A stretch of 32,000 nt of DNA from a cyanobacterium endosymbiont of Epithemia turgida isolate EtSB Lake Yunoko (GTDB taxonomy: Bacteria > Cyanobacteriota > Cyanobacteriia > Cyanobacteriales > Microcystaceae), in the NCBI RefSeq assembly GCF_000829235.1, contig NZ_AP012549.1:120001-152000 (forward strand), given 5' to 3'. Shown in pieces: positions 1-11,247 of this stretch. The notes beneath the pieces are model-generated. The model did not search any database. It was given only the letters and a program-made list of their open reading frames with translations, and was not told the DNA's origin. The position numbers and the translations under genes were made by a program. Numbering within the stretch: position 1 is the first letter of the stretch; every line of letters begins with the position of its first letter.

Positions 1-1647
1 TCATTCAAAAGCAACCTCTATCTTAACTAATATTTAAATAGTTTTACATGATTTAATCAATAATTTTATTTAGTTTATTTTTTAAAAATTTATTAATAAA
101 TTTTTGTGAATTTTTGGGGTAATAAAAACTAATTTTTACTACTCTCCTAAAATTTTTTATAAAAATAAATATGATTAATAATCATTTACGCTATCATGGT
201 ATAAATTTCAGAGTTATAGCAATAAAGTAAAAAATATTTAATCAAGTAGATTAAGTGTAATTATAGCTATATTCGTTGTTAATACAATACTATTTAACTA
301 GTATATTGTCAATATAATATGATTTTAAATATTAGATTAGCTATGTTCAATTAATACCATTTAACTTGGATTTGTTAAGATTATTTTTTGCCAAGAACTA
401 TATAGTAATAATCACAGTATTTAAACGGCAAGATAGATGATAATAATTAGAAAATAAAGATTTATTTTACAAAAGTTTTTATTTAATTTTGTTTAGCGTT
501 CATCTGACTTTGATCTTCTGATATAATTACAAACCTTTTATGTAGTTTATTGGTAGTTCTATCAGCAATATATCAGAGGAGTTTAAAAATTTGTATTTCC
601 CAATAATAAATTGTTATCATCCATTCTTCAGTCCGGTTGAGTTTGGGAGCTTGAATAACATAAAGAACTTTTTGATTGTCTGATTTTATCTTATAATCTT
701 CCTAGGGCTTGATAAACGATAACTAACCATATTTCAATTCCTGAGCGGGATAGCAAGTTAATTAATTCGGTTGCTTCTCCGAGATTTTGTATACTCAGAT
801 GATATTGAATCAGTCATACTCAATCTAGTCCTACTTGATATTTAAGTTGTAATTATCCTTGGTTTAGAACAGTCATAACATTAACAGTTTTTAAAGTAAA
901 CAATTTCAAACTGAATAATTGTACAACTATAGTCATTAAGCTATGGTATTAAATAGTTATATGTATTATTCAAACTATAGAGAGTTATTGATAACTAGAA
1001 CTTAGATACTCAACGATTAAACTATATTATCTTGAATAAGATTGAACAATTTATCTGATAGTCACTGGAGAATTGTTGACTGAAAAATCATCAACAGAAA
1101 CAAGATAGATATGAGAATGCTGGCGTAACTAACGATTTTTTCTAAGATAAAAAATTTAAAAACAAATACATAATAAATTACATTAAACAATGATCATTAA
1201 AATATGATAAATTAAACGAATCTAATTTTCTAGATATAGAAATATATACAATTGATGTTTTTGACATTTATTTAAAGCTGCTTATCTGTGATAACTGTTA
1301 TCTTTTTCTTGCAATATAAATTTTTCTCAGTTAATTAACGCCATAGTTTTGTTATAAAAATTTAATTTACTCTTAATTTATTAATATTCAGATTAAACTC
1401 AAAAAAATAGAGAATTTTACTTTCATTCCCCAAGTAAAAATAAAACAAATACTCGCTTTAAATTGCCGTTTTAGACAGAAATCTCAAAAAAATCACTTTT
1501 ATACTAACTAATCAACTGTGATAATAATTTAATCATAGATTTTGTTCTCTATTGACCACTCTAAAAAGAAATTTTTATTTACAAGTCTACCCAGACGTTA
1601 GAACTCTCATTAATATAGGTGATAACAGTGATATAGATTCACAATAC

Positions 1648-3246
1648 ATGAAAAAGAGTATTGCATGGTTGGTAGGGAGTTTAAGTGTCTTGGAAATCAT
1701 GACCACCATTGGGGCTTTAGCAAATTCTATAGGCGAAGCGGGAATTAATGCTGAAAGGTTACACAAAGACCCTTACAATCTAACGGGACGTAAAATTGCT
1801 ATTGGTCAAGTGGAAATTGGCCGACCTGGACAATTTGGGTTTGATAAAATTGCTGCCTGGAATCCAAAGATTAATTTAGCAGGAGTCTATTTCCGCAACA
1901 ATTTTGTTAAACCTAACAATAATTTAGATAACCATGCAGCAATGGTGGCAACAATGATGGTGAGTCAAGATAAACGGATACCTGGAGTTGCTCCAAAGGC
2001 TAGACTATACGCCTCAGCTGTTGGTGAGCTTAAACGAGGAGGACAACCCGAAGAATGTTTAGCCAGTCAACACGTAGCTCAACAAAATGGTGGTGATGTT
2101 CGGGCGATTAATTTTAGTTTTGGGGAATCTTTACAACGAGATCCTAGAGAAAATGCGAGGCTTGATGGCAATGCTTTGTTGACTCAATGTATTGATTGGT
2201 CTGCAAGGGTTCATGACGTTCTTTATGTAATTGCCGGCAATCAAGGGGAAGGAGGTATTCCTATTCCGACAGATCATTACAATGGAATTACTACTGCTTA
2301 TACGACTAAACAAAAAGGGAAATTTACTAAGGTTGATTTTGCGAATTTAAGCGCGCTTCCGGTAGGAATTGGTCGGCGTTTGATTAGACACGAAATTAAT
2401 ACAGGACTAAGGCGAGCAATTAGTTTAGTCGCCCCAGGAAATAAAATTATTCTATATGATCTGTCGGGAAAAATTAATGAGGTCAGTGGGACAAGTTTTG
2501 CTGCCCCCCATATTACGGCTTCGGTGGCTTTACTCCAGGAATTTGGTGATCGCCAACTACGAGAAAAAAAAGCTAATTGGAGTTTAGATTCCCGTCGCCA
2601 TCAAGTTATGAAAGCTGTCTTGCTCAATTCTGCTGATAAATTGCAAGACCACGGCGATGGTTTATTACTAGGTATGGTTCGTACAGTTTTAAGTAAAAAA
2701 AATCAAACCTGGTTAAAATCTGATGCCTATCGCGACCCAAAAACCCCTTTAGATATAGAGATGGGAACAGGACATCTAAATGCCTTTCGGGCTTATCAAC
2801 AATTTAGTGCGGGTCAATGGAAACCTGATAAGGCAGTATCTTCTTTAGGTTGGAATTATGATACGATCACTTATAATGAACATCATGATTATGTAATAAA
2901 AACCCCATTAAACAAAGGAAGTTATGTTGCTATTACCCTTGTTTGGGACCGTCATGTTGAGTTGAATGATACTAATAGAAATAAGCGATATAATTTAGGC
3001 GAAACATTCCGTAATCGTGGCTTAAATAATTTAGATTTATATTTAATGCCAGCAACAGGTAAAAATATTTCTCAAAATATCTGTTCTTCTATCAGTAAAG
3101 TAGACAACATTGAACACATTTTTTGTCAAGTTCCTAATACCGGATCATACAAAATTCGAGTTCAATATCCCCAACCCCTAAATCAACATAAACAACCTTA
3201 TGGGTTAGCTTGGTGGAGTGCTTCTTTGACGTCCTTTCCACAGTAG
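1648..3246 (+). CDS. S8 (subtilisin-like) serine peptidase, probably exported
   Basis: ORF track 1552..3246. It has the Ser motif SGTSFAAPHITAS and the His region DNHAAMVATMM. The in-frame ATG at 1648 gives a signal-like N-terminus (MKKSIAWLVGSLSVLEIMTTIGALA), so I prefer it to the TTG at 1552. Confidence 0.8.
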   Translation: MKKSIAWLVGSLSVLEIMTTIGALANSIGEAGINAERLHKDPYNLTGRKIAIGQVEIGRPGQFGFDKIAAWNPKINLAGVYFRNNFVKPNNNLDNHAAMVATMMVSQDKRIPGVAPKARLYASAVGELKRGGQPEECLASQHVAQQNGGDVRAINFSFGESLQRDPRENARLDGNALLTQCIDWSARVHDVLYVIAGNQGEGGIPIPTDHYNGITTAYTTKQKGKFTKVDFANLSALPVGIGRRLIRHEINTGLRRAISLVAPGNKIILYDLSGKINEVSGTSFAAPHITASVALLQEFGDRQLREKKANWSLDSRRHQVMKAVLLNSADKLQDHGDGLLLGMVRTVLSKKNQTWLKSDAYRDPKTPLDIEMGTGHLNAFRAYQQFSAGQWKPDKAVSSLGWNYDTITYNEHHDYVIKTPLNKGSYVAITLVWDRHVELNDTNRNKRYNLGETFRNRGLNNLDLYLMPATGKNISQNICSSISKVDNIEHIFCQVPNTGSYKIRVQYPQPLNQHKQPYGLAWWSASLTSFPQ

Positions 3247-3818
3247 GTTTTCTTGAGTAAGTTCAACTATTACCATTGACTGACAATGTACAATTCAAAT
3301 TGGTGGACTTTAATAGCCTAATTTTGGGAAGATTCTTAAACTCTGATTATGAATAATGGCAAAAATTAAGTAAGGGTCATTCGTGCCTCAGGAGATAATT
3401 ATATCTAAGACTAATTTAGAGAACAATAAATATTATTTGTGCTGAGACTAATGACCGTATTGACATAGAGCTGGTAATGACCTAGTTTTACTAAACTGTA
3501 CTGAATAATCTTTTGCTTACCAAGACTAAGATCATTAGCTATCATAAAATTATCGAAAAAAGATGAAATTAAATTATTTTCCATTAGCTTAAAATTTGGG
3601 GTTTTTTGAAAAACTCAGGATATTTATTGAGACAGCTTTAACACAATGATTAAAGCCTTTAGATTTCAAAAAAAACCATCCTCAGCTTAATTTAATTACC
3701 GCAAATATAAACAAGTTATCATCTCGAGAAGTTTCCACTTTAAAAGCGGCAGTAGAAGTAATTCGCCACCGCTATAAGTTGGGTTTAATAATCTAGACAA
3801 TTATTCGATAAACCGTCA

Positions 3819-6290
3819 TCAATCTGTAGTCTTTGCTAACAAATCTTCCTTGTTTTCGCTGGATATAACTTTGACTTTGCCATCTGCATCAATGTCCACT
3901 AATGCAGCATCTCCTTCACTAACTCGGCCTGAAAGAATTTCCTCAGCTAAGATATCTTCAAGGAGACGCACAATGGCACGACGTAAAGGTCGTGCACCAT
4001 AAGCGGGGTTATATCCTTCTTCGACCAAACGTTCTTTGAACTTTTCGGTAACATTTAAAGTAATGTTTTTATCAGTCAACCGAGCAAAGACTTCTTTAAG
4101 AAGAATTTCAGAGATTTCCTTAACTTCATTTTTATCCAATTGACGGAAGACAATAATTTCATCGAGACGGTTGAGGAATTCGGGACGAAAGTAATTCTTC
4201 AATTCTTCATTAACTAAAGCTCGAATACGATTATATTGAGCCTCTGTCTTATTCTCTTCAAACTCAAATCCGAGTCCACCACCACCTTTTTCGATCACTT
4301 TAGATCCGATATTAGAAGTCATGATCAACAAGGTATTTTTAAAGTCTACTGTACGACCCTTAGCGTCAGTAAGCCGACCGTCTTCTAGGATTTGTAAAAG
4401 CATATTGAATACGTCAGGGTGTGCTTTTTCAATTTCGTCAAAGAGAATTACTGTATAGGGACGGCGGCGCACTGCTTCGGTTAACTGTCCCCCTTCGTTG
4501 TAACCCACATATCCAGGAGGAGAGCCAATTAACTTAGATACTGTATGGCGTTCCATATATTCGGACATATCCAGACGGACCATGGCATCTTCCGAACCGA
4601 AAAAATAAGCAGCTAATGCCTTGGTTAACTCAGTTTTACCTACTCCAGTAGGTCCAGAAAAAACAAAACTAGCAATCGGACGGCCAGGGTTTTTCAGACC
4701 AACTCGCGCCCTGCGAATCGCCCGTGACACTGCTTTCACTGCATCTTCTTGACCGATTAAACGCTGGTGTAGTGTATCTTCCATGTGTAGCAGCTTTTCG
4801 GATTCACTTTCCGTCAGTTTATTCACTGGAACTCCAGTCCAAGAAGCTACAATATGGGCGATTTCCTCTGAATCTACAAAGGGGTCATCGCTATCTCCTT
4901 CTGTTTTTTTTGCCGAGGAGATTGACCGAATTTCCTCTTTAATTTCCATTTCACGATCACGGAGCTCTCCAGCCTTATCAAAGTCTTGAGCTCGGACTGC
5001 ATCGTCTTTTTGTTTAAGGATAGAACGAAGCTCTTTATCAAGTTCTTTGGCTGCGGGAGGTAATTGGGAATTAATTAACCTTACTCGTGATCCTGCTTCA
5101 TCAATGAGGTCAATCGCTTTATCAGGAAGATAGCGGTCCGAAATATAACGATCAGAGAGCTTAGCAGCAGCTTCCAGAGCTTCATCAAGTATCTTTAATT
5201 TATGGTGTTGTTCATAACGTTCTCGTAACCCATAGAGAATCTCAATGGTTTCGTCAACAGAGGGTTCACCCACCATAACTGGTTGGAAGCGACGCTCTAG
5301 GGCTGCGTCCCGTTCGATATGTTTTCGGTATTCATCGAGAGTGGTAGCCCCGACACACTGCAATTCCCCCCGTGCTAGAGCTGGTTTAAGAATATTAGCT
5401 GCGTCAATTGCCCCTTCAGCTGCCCCTGCACCGATAAGAGTATGTACTTCGTCAATCACTAAAATCACATTTCCAGCCTGACGAATTTCGTCCATAATCT
5501 TTTTAAGACGTTCTTCAAATTCCCCACGATATTTAGTTCCGGCTACTAACAAGCCGATATCGAGGGTGACTACTCGTTTTTCTTCAAGAATATCAGGAAC
5601 ATCTTTGGTAGCGATACGTTGAGCGAGACCTTCAGCAATTGCGGTTTTTCCTACTCCTGGTTCTCCAATTAAAACGGGATTGTTTTTGGTTCTACGACCA
5701 AGAATTTGAATCACCCGTTCAATTTCTTTATGTCGTCCTACTACGGGATCAAGTTTTCCTTCTCCAGCCATATTGGTCAGATTAGAACCAAATTCGTCAA
5801 GAGTTGGAGTTTTATTAGATCGTCCGGATGGACCTCCGCCAGCAGCTACTTCAGCCGTTTCTCCAAGTTGTCGTATCACTTGAGTCCGGACTTTAGACAA
5901 GTCTACTCCTAAATTTTCAAGAACCCGTGCGGCTACCCCTTCTCCTTCACGAATTAACCCTAGGAGGAGGTGTTCGGTTCCAATATAGTTATGTCCGAGT
6001 TGCCGAGCTTCTTCTAATGAGAGTTCAAGAACTCTTTTAGCTCTTGGTGTGAAAGGAATTTCGACGGCGACAAACCCTGAACCACGGCCAATAATTTTTT
6101 CGACCTCAACGCGAGCGTCTTTAAGGTTGATACCCATCGACTTAAGAACCTTGGCTGCCACTCCAGTTCCTTCACCAATTAGCCCCAGAAGAATTTGCTC
6201 CGTCCCGACAAAGTTATGTCCAAGACGGCGGGCCTCTTCTTGAGCCAGCATTATGACCTTGATAGCTTTTTCTGTAAAGCGTTCAAACAT
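3819..6290 (-). CDS. clpC: ATP-dependent Clp protease ATP-binding subunit ClpC
   Basis: 823-aa ORF. N-terminal double Clp repeat ([37 protein letters not shown]...), two AAA+ modules with Walker A GEPGVGKT and GPTGVGKT, and a UVR-like linker. This is the typical cyanobacterial ClpC layout. Confidence 0.97.
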   Translation of the reverse strand: MFERFTEKAIKVIMLAQEEARRLGHNFVGTEQILLGLIGEGTGVAAKVLKSMGINLKDARVEVEKIIGRGSGFVAVEIPFTPRAKRVLELSLEEARQLGHNYIGTEHLLLGLIREGEGVAARVLENLGVDLSKVRTQVIRQLGETAEVAAGGGPSGRSNKTPTLDEFGSNLTNMAGEGKLDPVVGRHKEIERVIQILGRRTKNNPVLIGEPGVGKTAIAEGLAQRIATKDVPDILEEKRVVTLDIGLLVAGTKYRGEFEERLKKIMDEIRQAGNVILVIDEVHTLIGAGAAEGAIDAANILKPALARGELQCVGATTLDEYRKHIERDAALERRFQPVMVGEPSVDETIEILYGLRERYEQHHKLKILDEALEAAAKLSDRYISDRYLPDKAIDLIDEAGSRVRLINSQLPPAAKELDKELRSILKQKDDAVRAQDFDKAGELRDREMEIKEEIRSISSAKKTEGDSDDPFVDSEEIAHIVASWTGVPVNKLTESESEKLLHMEDTLHQRLIGQEDAVKAVSRAIRRARVGLKNPGRPIASFVFSGPTGVGKTELTKALAAYFFGSEDAMVRLDMSEYMERHTVSKLIGSPPGYVGYNEGGQLTEAVRRRPYTVILFDEIEKAHPDVFNMLLQILEDGRLTDAKGRTVDFKNTLLIMTSNIGSKVIEKGGGGLGFEFEENKTEAQYNRIRALVNEELKNYFRPEFLNRLDEIIVFRQLDKNEVKEISEILLKEVFARLTDKNITLNVTEKFKERLVEEGYNPAYGARPLRRAIVRLLEDILAEEILSGRVSEGDAALVDIDADGKVKVISSENKEDLLAKTTD

Positions 6291-6434
6291 GATTTATTTG
6301 TCCATCACCTGCTGCTTTCCCTTGTAAGCTGATTTTAGCACTCAATATCCTAGGGAATAATCTAAAAACTTTCTTAAATTTTTTTAACTGATTAATTATC
6401 TTGATTCCTATTCATTAGATTAGGGTTACTATAT

Positions 6435-7016
6435 TCATTTGTTTTTTCCACTTATATCATCATCACCTCCTTCTAATGATAGTTGCCAACTAGATTGACT
6501 GAGACGATCACTGATATGTGACCACCAATGGGACAAATCTTCTCGAAATCGGGGATGGTTTAAATGCCCTCGCCATAAAATCAAGGCATCCTTTCCGGTT
6601 TTTTGATAATAGCCTTTGCGCCTTCCAGCCAGTTGAAAGCCAATTTTTTGATAAACGGCGATGGCTGACTGATTGGAAACTTGCACCTCTAAGGTAGCAC
6701 GTTCTAGATTACAGTTAACGGCTTTTTTTAACAAACTGTAAAGCAATAGTTGTCCTAGTCCTTGTCCTTGATAGTTGGGGTGGATCATTAATAATACAAT
6801 ATGAGCTTCTTCTAAAATTGCCCAAAAACAACCGCAACCAATAATGGAATTGGATTCTAGAGATAAAACTAATAAGCTACTATCTGGGTTATCTAGTTCT
6901 CGCTGGTAACCTTTTTTTCTCCATAATCCTCCTAAACACGCACGATCTAACTCAACTAATTGAGTTAGTTGGTTATAGTGGGGCGTGTTTAGTAAGATAA
7001 GACGTGAGAAAACCAT
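6435..7016 (-). CDS. rimI: GNAT-family N-acetyltransferase, RimI-like (ribosomal-protein-alanine acetyltransferase)
   Basis: 193-aa ORF with the acetyl-CoA binding motif QGQGLGQLLL and a GNAT fold pattern. It lies directly upstream of clpC on the same strand. Confidence 0.7.
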   Translation of the reverse strand: MVFSRLILLNTPHYNQLTQLVELDRACLGGLWRKKGYQRELDNPDSSLLVLSLESNSIIGCGCFWAILEEAHIVLLMIHPNYQGQGLGQLLLYSLLKKAVNCNLERATLEVQVSNQSAIAVYQKIGFQLAGRRKGYYQKTGKDALILWRGHLNHPRFREDLSHWWSHISDRLSQSSWQLSLEGGDDDISGKNK

Positions 7017-7811
7017 TATAAATTATCAATTTAGACTAAAAGGTAGTTGTGATGCAAGATAAAGTGGTTGGGCAAATAACGACTAAGTTATAGAGGTAAA
7101 AGTTACAATAGTCCAAGTAGTTTCTCAATATTTCTTAGAAGACGATATGTTTATATTCAACTGCTTAGAAACTTTTTTAACTAAATACCTACTATATTCT
7201 AAGTTCTCGTGATACGTTTTTGATAATCAAGATCAATTATAATTAATAGTACGATTAAACTAAACTAATTACTGTGAAGATAAAAGATTAATAACAATTT
7301 GAGCAGATTACTAAAAGAGTTATCTAAATTAAATTTTGTAAAATCTAATTTAGATAACAGAATTTGAAAAGTATTTTATTAAAATAGGATTAAATTTAAT
7401 TAAATAATACCTTCTGATCAATTAAGTTGAATATCCATTGCCTGGATATAGCTAGGTAAGATAATTTCTACATATTTAAATAACTAATTTTTTTAAAACC
7501 CTCACTAAATATATATTACTTATTTGCTAGATATAAAACTAGGATACAGTTATTCCCAATTTTAGATTGTATATTCAACCTCTATTAAAAGACTCATCCA
7601 TAAAATTCATAAACATATATTTCAATCAATTGCATCTTTTTTCCCTTTTTAAAATTATTACACTCTATTATATATATCATCTCAAGTATTTTTTATTAGT
7701 TAATATAATTTAAGGGTATTTCACTAAATTTGATTAACTTTATTCATAAAAGACTCCTAATAATGAAAATAAAAGTTATTAGTTTAGAGGGTAAAAACTT
7801 TAAAATAACAT

Positions 7812-7871
7812 AAATCTAGGTGTAAGAAAATAATTAAATTAGCATTTAATTATTTTCTTACACCTAGATTT
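7812..7871. repeat. Perfect inverted repeat, 28-bp arms and 4-nt loop; bidirectional terminator-like hairpin
   Basis: Checked base by base. aaatctaggtgtaagaaaataattaaat (7812-7839), loop tagc, atttaattattttcttacacctagattt (7844-7871). T-rich tails follow on both strands. It sits in the middle of a 2.2-kb ORF-free spacer. Confidence 0.9.
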
Positions 7872-9219
7872 TTATTACTAATGGTTTATTGATTTATAAA
7901 AAGAGACTGATCCTGAAATATTAATTACTCATAAATAATGAATTTATATTTTCTATTTAAAATAAAAGTATAAACATTGTTAATTCTTATGTTATGTTAC
8001 AGTAACAAATAATTTGATTTAACCTTTATTTTTTTCTCTCTATATTGGAGTATCTTATTTGCAAGGCTCTCATAATAATTTTACTACCAAATTTTAAACA
8101 ATCTAAATAAATCCCCATTTTATATCTGAAACTAAAATACTTAGTTTTATATAAAAAAATACAAAAAGTCTGTAGTTAATATTAGAATTAAAATAAGACT
8201 AGAAGCAAATAACTCCTTATTACTATTTATTATATAAGTTATATTATATATGAAAATATTTTACGTCATAAAAACCTATTTTTATATACCTTATATTTTT
8301 AAGGGACTTTCTATATATAAATCAATAAGAAATACCTAAAAATTAAATATTCTTAATATTATTAGTTAAGGTTAATCTTTAAATATATTTAAAATTTTTA
8401 AAGACTATCAAGTCTACGAATTTGACTAAACTTAATGCTGTTTCCTCCGTGAAAGCTATATGATGTTTACTTATTCTGAAATATTTACAGACATGACAAT
8501 TCCTACACTTTAGTTAAGTATTTAAATTGAGTTATAACTTTTTTGATTCTCTAACTATACATCTATTTAATTTCTTAATAAGTTTATCTGCTTTAATATA
8601 AAATTAAGGTACCTATATCTAATATTTTTTTGTAGAGATAAGTGTAACAAATGTAATTTTATCTAAAAGTTTCTGTTTATTTAATACAAACAACAGATAA
8701 GTAGTTGAAACTAGGATCTCTTTTTTATTTTCTAAATTTTTATAGCAGTTTTGATAAAAATAACTAATAGTTAAACATGCTTTATTTGGTAAAAATTTAC
8801 ATATAATTAATTTATTTTCTAGTTAAAAACTATTTTTATAAAAAACCTATATAAGTATAAATTACTTTTTTACCGATTCCACAGTTATGTTGACATTATG
8901 AAGACATTTATTACCGATAATATAAGCTGTATGAACGGATCCATTATATCAACTAATACTGAATCTTTTTATAGAGCAACTAAAATTTCAAGGTAAAAAT
9001 TCGCTTTGAATATTTAAATCTAGACCATCGTGATACGAAAAATAAAATTTTCATTTCACTTAAGGCTGATCATTCTATATTTCACTATTGACAGATTCCA
9101 CCTCAGTGAACTTTCAATACAAACTTCTGTCAAAAAATATAAATAATATTAGAGATAATTAAGCAATTTTAACTGATAATAAGGAGAACAATTACAAGAA
9201 ACCCAGTTAACGCATAACT

Positions 9220-10596
9220 ATGACGATTAATCAAGGAGAAACCATAGCTGCGATTGCTACGGCTATTGTCCCCCAACAAGGTAGCATCGGGATTGTGCGT
9301 CTATCGGGAAACGAGTCCCTAAGCATCGCCAAAACTTTGTTTTATTCCCCTGGAAAACAACTTTGGGAAACCCATCATATTCTTTACGGTTACATTCGCC
9401 ATCCTCAAACTAAACAGGTGATAGACGAAGCTCTTCTACTATTAATGTTAGCTCCTCGTTCTTATACTCGTGAGGATGTTGTAGAATTTCATTGCCATGG
9501 AGGCATGATTCCTGTGCAGCAGGTTCTACAAGCATGTTTAGAATTAGGAGCAAAACTAGCACAACCTGGACAATTTACTCTGCGAGCATTTCTTAACGGT
9601 AGAATCGACTTAACCCAAGCTGAGAGTATAGCAGACTTGGTGGGAGCACGCTCCCACCAAGCATCTCAAATGGCATTAGCTGGGTTGCAAGGAAAACTAG
9701 CAAAAACAATACATCAACTCCATGATAGTTGTTTAGATATTCTTGCAGAAATAGAAGCTCGAATTGATTTTGAAGATGATTTACCCTCTTTAAATAACAG
9801 ATTAATTATTGAGAGGTTAGAAAAAATTTTAGAGAAATTACAGGATATTTTAGTCACAGTCAATCAAGGAGAATTACTCCGTAGTGGGATTAAAGTCGCT
9901 ATTGTTGGTCGTCCCAATGTGGGAAAGTCAAGTTTATTCAATGCTTGGAGTCAGTGTGACCGTGCTATTGTTACCAACTTACCAGGAACCACTAGAGATA
10001 TAGTAGAATCACAGTTAGTGGTGGGAGGAATTCCTGTCCAAGTATTGGATACTGCCGGAATTCGAGACACTGTGAATACAGTTGAAAAAATAGGAGTTGA
10101 ACGATCACGTCGTGCCGCGGGTCATGCTGACCTTGTGTTGCTAACCATTGACGCCCAAGCAGGATGGACTGTTGAGGATCAAGAAATTTATCAACAAGTA
10201 AACCACCGTCCCTTAATTTTAGTTATTAATAAAATTGATTTAGGAACAATAGAATCAATACAATTGCCCTCAACAATAAAACAAATTGTTAAAACAATCG
10301 CTACAGAAAATCAAGGAATTGAAGCTTTAGAAAAAGCTATATTAGCATCGATTAAAATTCAAAAAATAACAGTAGTTGATTTAGATTTAGCTATTAATCA
10401 ACGGCAAGCAGCAGCCTTAACTCGTGCTAAACTTGCTTTAGAACAAGTACAAAAAACTATGGCTAATCAATTACCTTGGGATTTTTTAACAATTGATCTA
10501 CGTGTTGCCGTTAAAGCATTAGGAGAGATCACTGGAGACGAAGTTACAGAATCAATTTTAGAAAGAATTTTTAGCCGGTTTTGTATTGGCAAGTAA
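9220..10596 (+). CDS. mnmE: tRNA modification GTPase MnmE (TrmE)
   Basis: 458-aa ORF. G-domain motifs [13 protein letters not shown] and NKID, plus the diagnostic C-terminal CIGK. Confidence 0.95.
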   Translation: MTINQGETIAAIATAIVPQQGSIGIVRLSGNESLSIAKTLFYSPGKQLWETHHILYGYIRHPQTKQVIDEALLLLMLAPRSYTREDVVEFHCHGGMIPVQQVLQACLELGAKLAQPGQFTLRAFLNGRIDLTQAESIADLVGARSHQASQMALAGLQGKLAKTIHQLHDSCLDILAEIEARIDFEDDLPSLNNRLIIERLEKILEKLQDILVTVNQGELLRSGIKVAIVGRPNVGKSSLFNAWSQCDRAIVTNLPGTTRDIVESQLVVGGIPVQVLDTAGIRDTVNTVEKIGVERSRRAAGHADLVLLTIDAQAGWTVEDQEIYQQVNHRPLILVINKIDLGTIESIQLPSTIKQIVKTIATENQGIEALEKAILASIKIQKITVVDLDLAINQRQAAALTRAKLALEQVQKTMANQLPWDFLTIDLRVAVKALGEITGDEVTESILERIFSRFCIGK

Positions 10597-10768
10597 TAAT
10601 AACACTTAACTTTATTTATAAAATTTAGCAAGTAAATAGTTCTAAATTAATGTAAAAAATAAATAATTTTATTTTTAAATTTTTACGGTCAAGCAATCTA
10701 AGAGTGAATATCTAATACTTATATTTATATCTTTCAGAGTAATTTTCCTAAGTAGATTATATTGATTT

Positions 10769-10794
10769 TTAAATATTTTTATAAAAATATTTAA
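10769..10794. repeat. Perfect 26-bp palindrome
   Basis: ttaaatattttta|taaaaatatttaa, checked by hand. It contains only A and T, so chance occurrence is possible. Confidence 0.6.
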
Positions 10795-10853
10795 GCTCTT
10801 ATTTAATATGATCTGCTTTCTATTCTGTTTAGTTTGAGACTCTAAGTCAGTAG

Positions 10854-10892
10854 ATAAGTATAATAATTATTGAAAATAATTATTATACTTAT
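10854..10892 (+). terminator. Hairpin (17-bp arms, 5-nt loop) followed by a T-run; candidate distal mnmE terminator
   Basis: ataagtataataattat / tgaaa / ataattattatacttat, then tctttttttattt. It is about 260 nt downstream of the mnmE stop. The stem has only one G-C pair. Confidence 0.45.
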
Positions 10893-11247
10893 TCTTTTTT
10901 TATTTGGAATATTTTTTAGTTTAATCAGAACTCTTTGTCTAAAATAATGCTACTTTTTGGGAGTCTTTATTAAAAGGGCATATTACATACTTTCTTTAAA
11001 TTCTCAACTTTATACGTTTATTTAACTATCAGGTTCCTATAACGAAAAATAGATATTTTAGTAAACTTGTGTACTGGTTTGTTAAATAAGACGATAATTG
11101 TTATACAGAAATCTACTCAATCATTAATCATCAGTTAATCAAAAATTTATCTGCGTCAGTGTTATTTTTGTATTTATTCCCTGACCACCGTAATAGAATG
11201 GGAAAAGAGATATGAACCTTTGACAGTTAACCGTACGTATAACTTGA

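Noticed and set aside
1552-1647. TTG start at 1552 for the peptidase, as used in the ORF track
   Set aside because: The first 32 codons are AT-rich and non-conserved-looking. The ATG at 1648 yields a typical signal peptide, so the shorter model is preferred.
2131-2313. 60-aa minus-strand ORF inside the S8 peptidase gene
   Set aside because: It is an antisense shadow ORF with no motif.
3411-3584. 57-aa minus-strand ORF (MENNLISSFFDNFMIANDLSLGKQKIIQYSLVKLGHYQLYVNTVISLSTNNIYCSLN*) between the peptidase and clpC
   Set aside because: I recognise no motif, it is AT-rich, and I saw no obvious RBS. I kept it out of the features, but it is worth a tBLASTn check.
3745-3773. Candidate clpC terminator (agcgg...ccgct followed by tttaaag on the minus strand)
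   Set aside because: Only 5 bp pair, around an 18-nt loop. That is too weak to call.
4724-6243. Five plus-strand ORFs of 64-78 aa inside clpC (4724..4942, 4783..4989, 5245..5481, 5706..5912, 6049..6243)
   Set aside because: They are antisense shadows of a highly conserved 823-aa gene. Their composition is Ser/Arg/Pro-rich and low-complexity, typical of reverse-frame artefacts.
8870-9110. Possible oriC near mnmE, based on DnaA-box-like words (gattccacag at 8874, gattccacct at 9094; others scattered, e.g. ttatccact at 31191)
   Set aside because: These are only partial matches to TTATCCACA/TTTTCCACA, with no cluster of three or more boxes and no adjacent dnaA or dnaN. The AT-richness is shared by every spacer, so it is not diagnostic.
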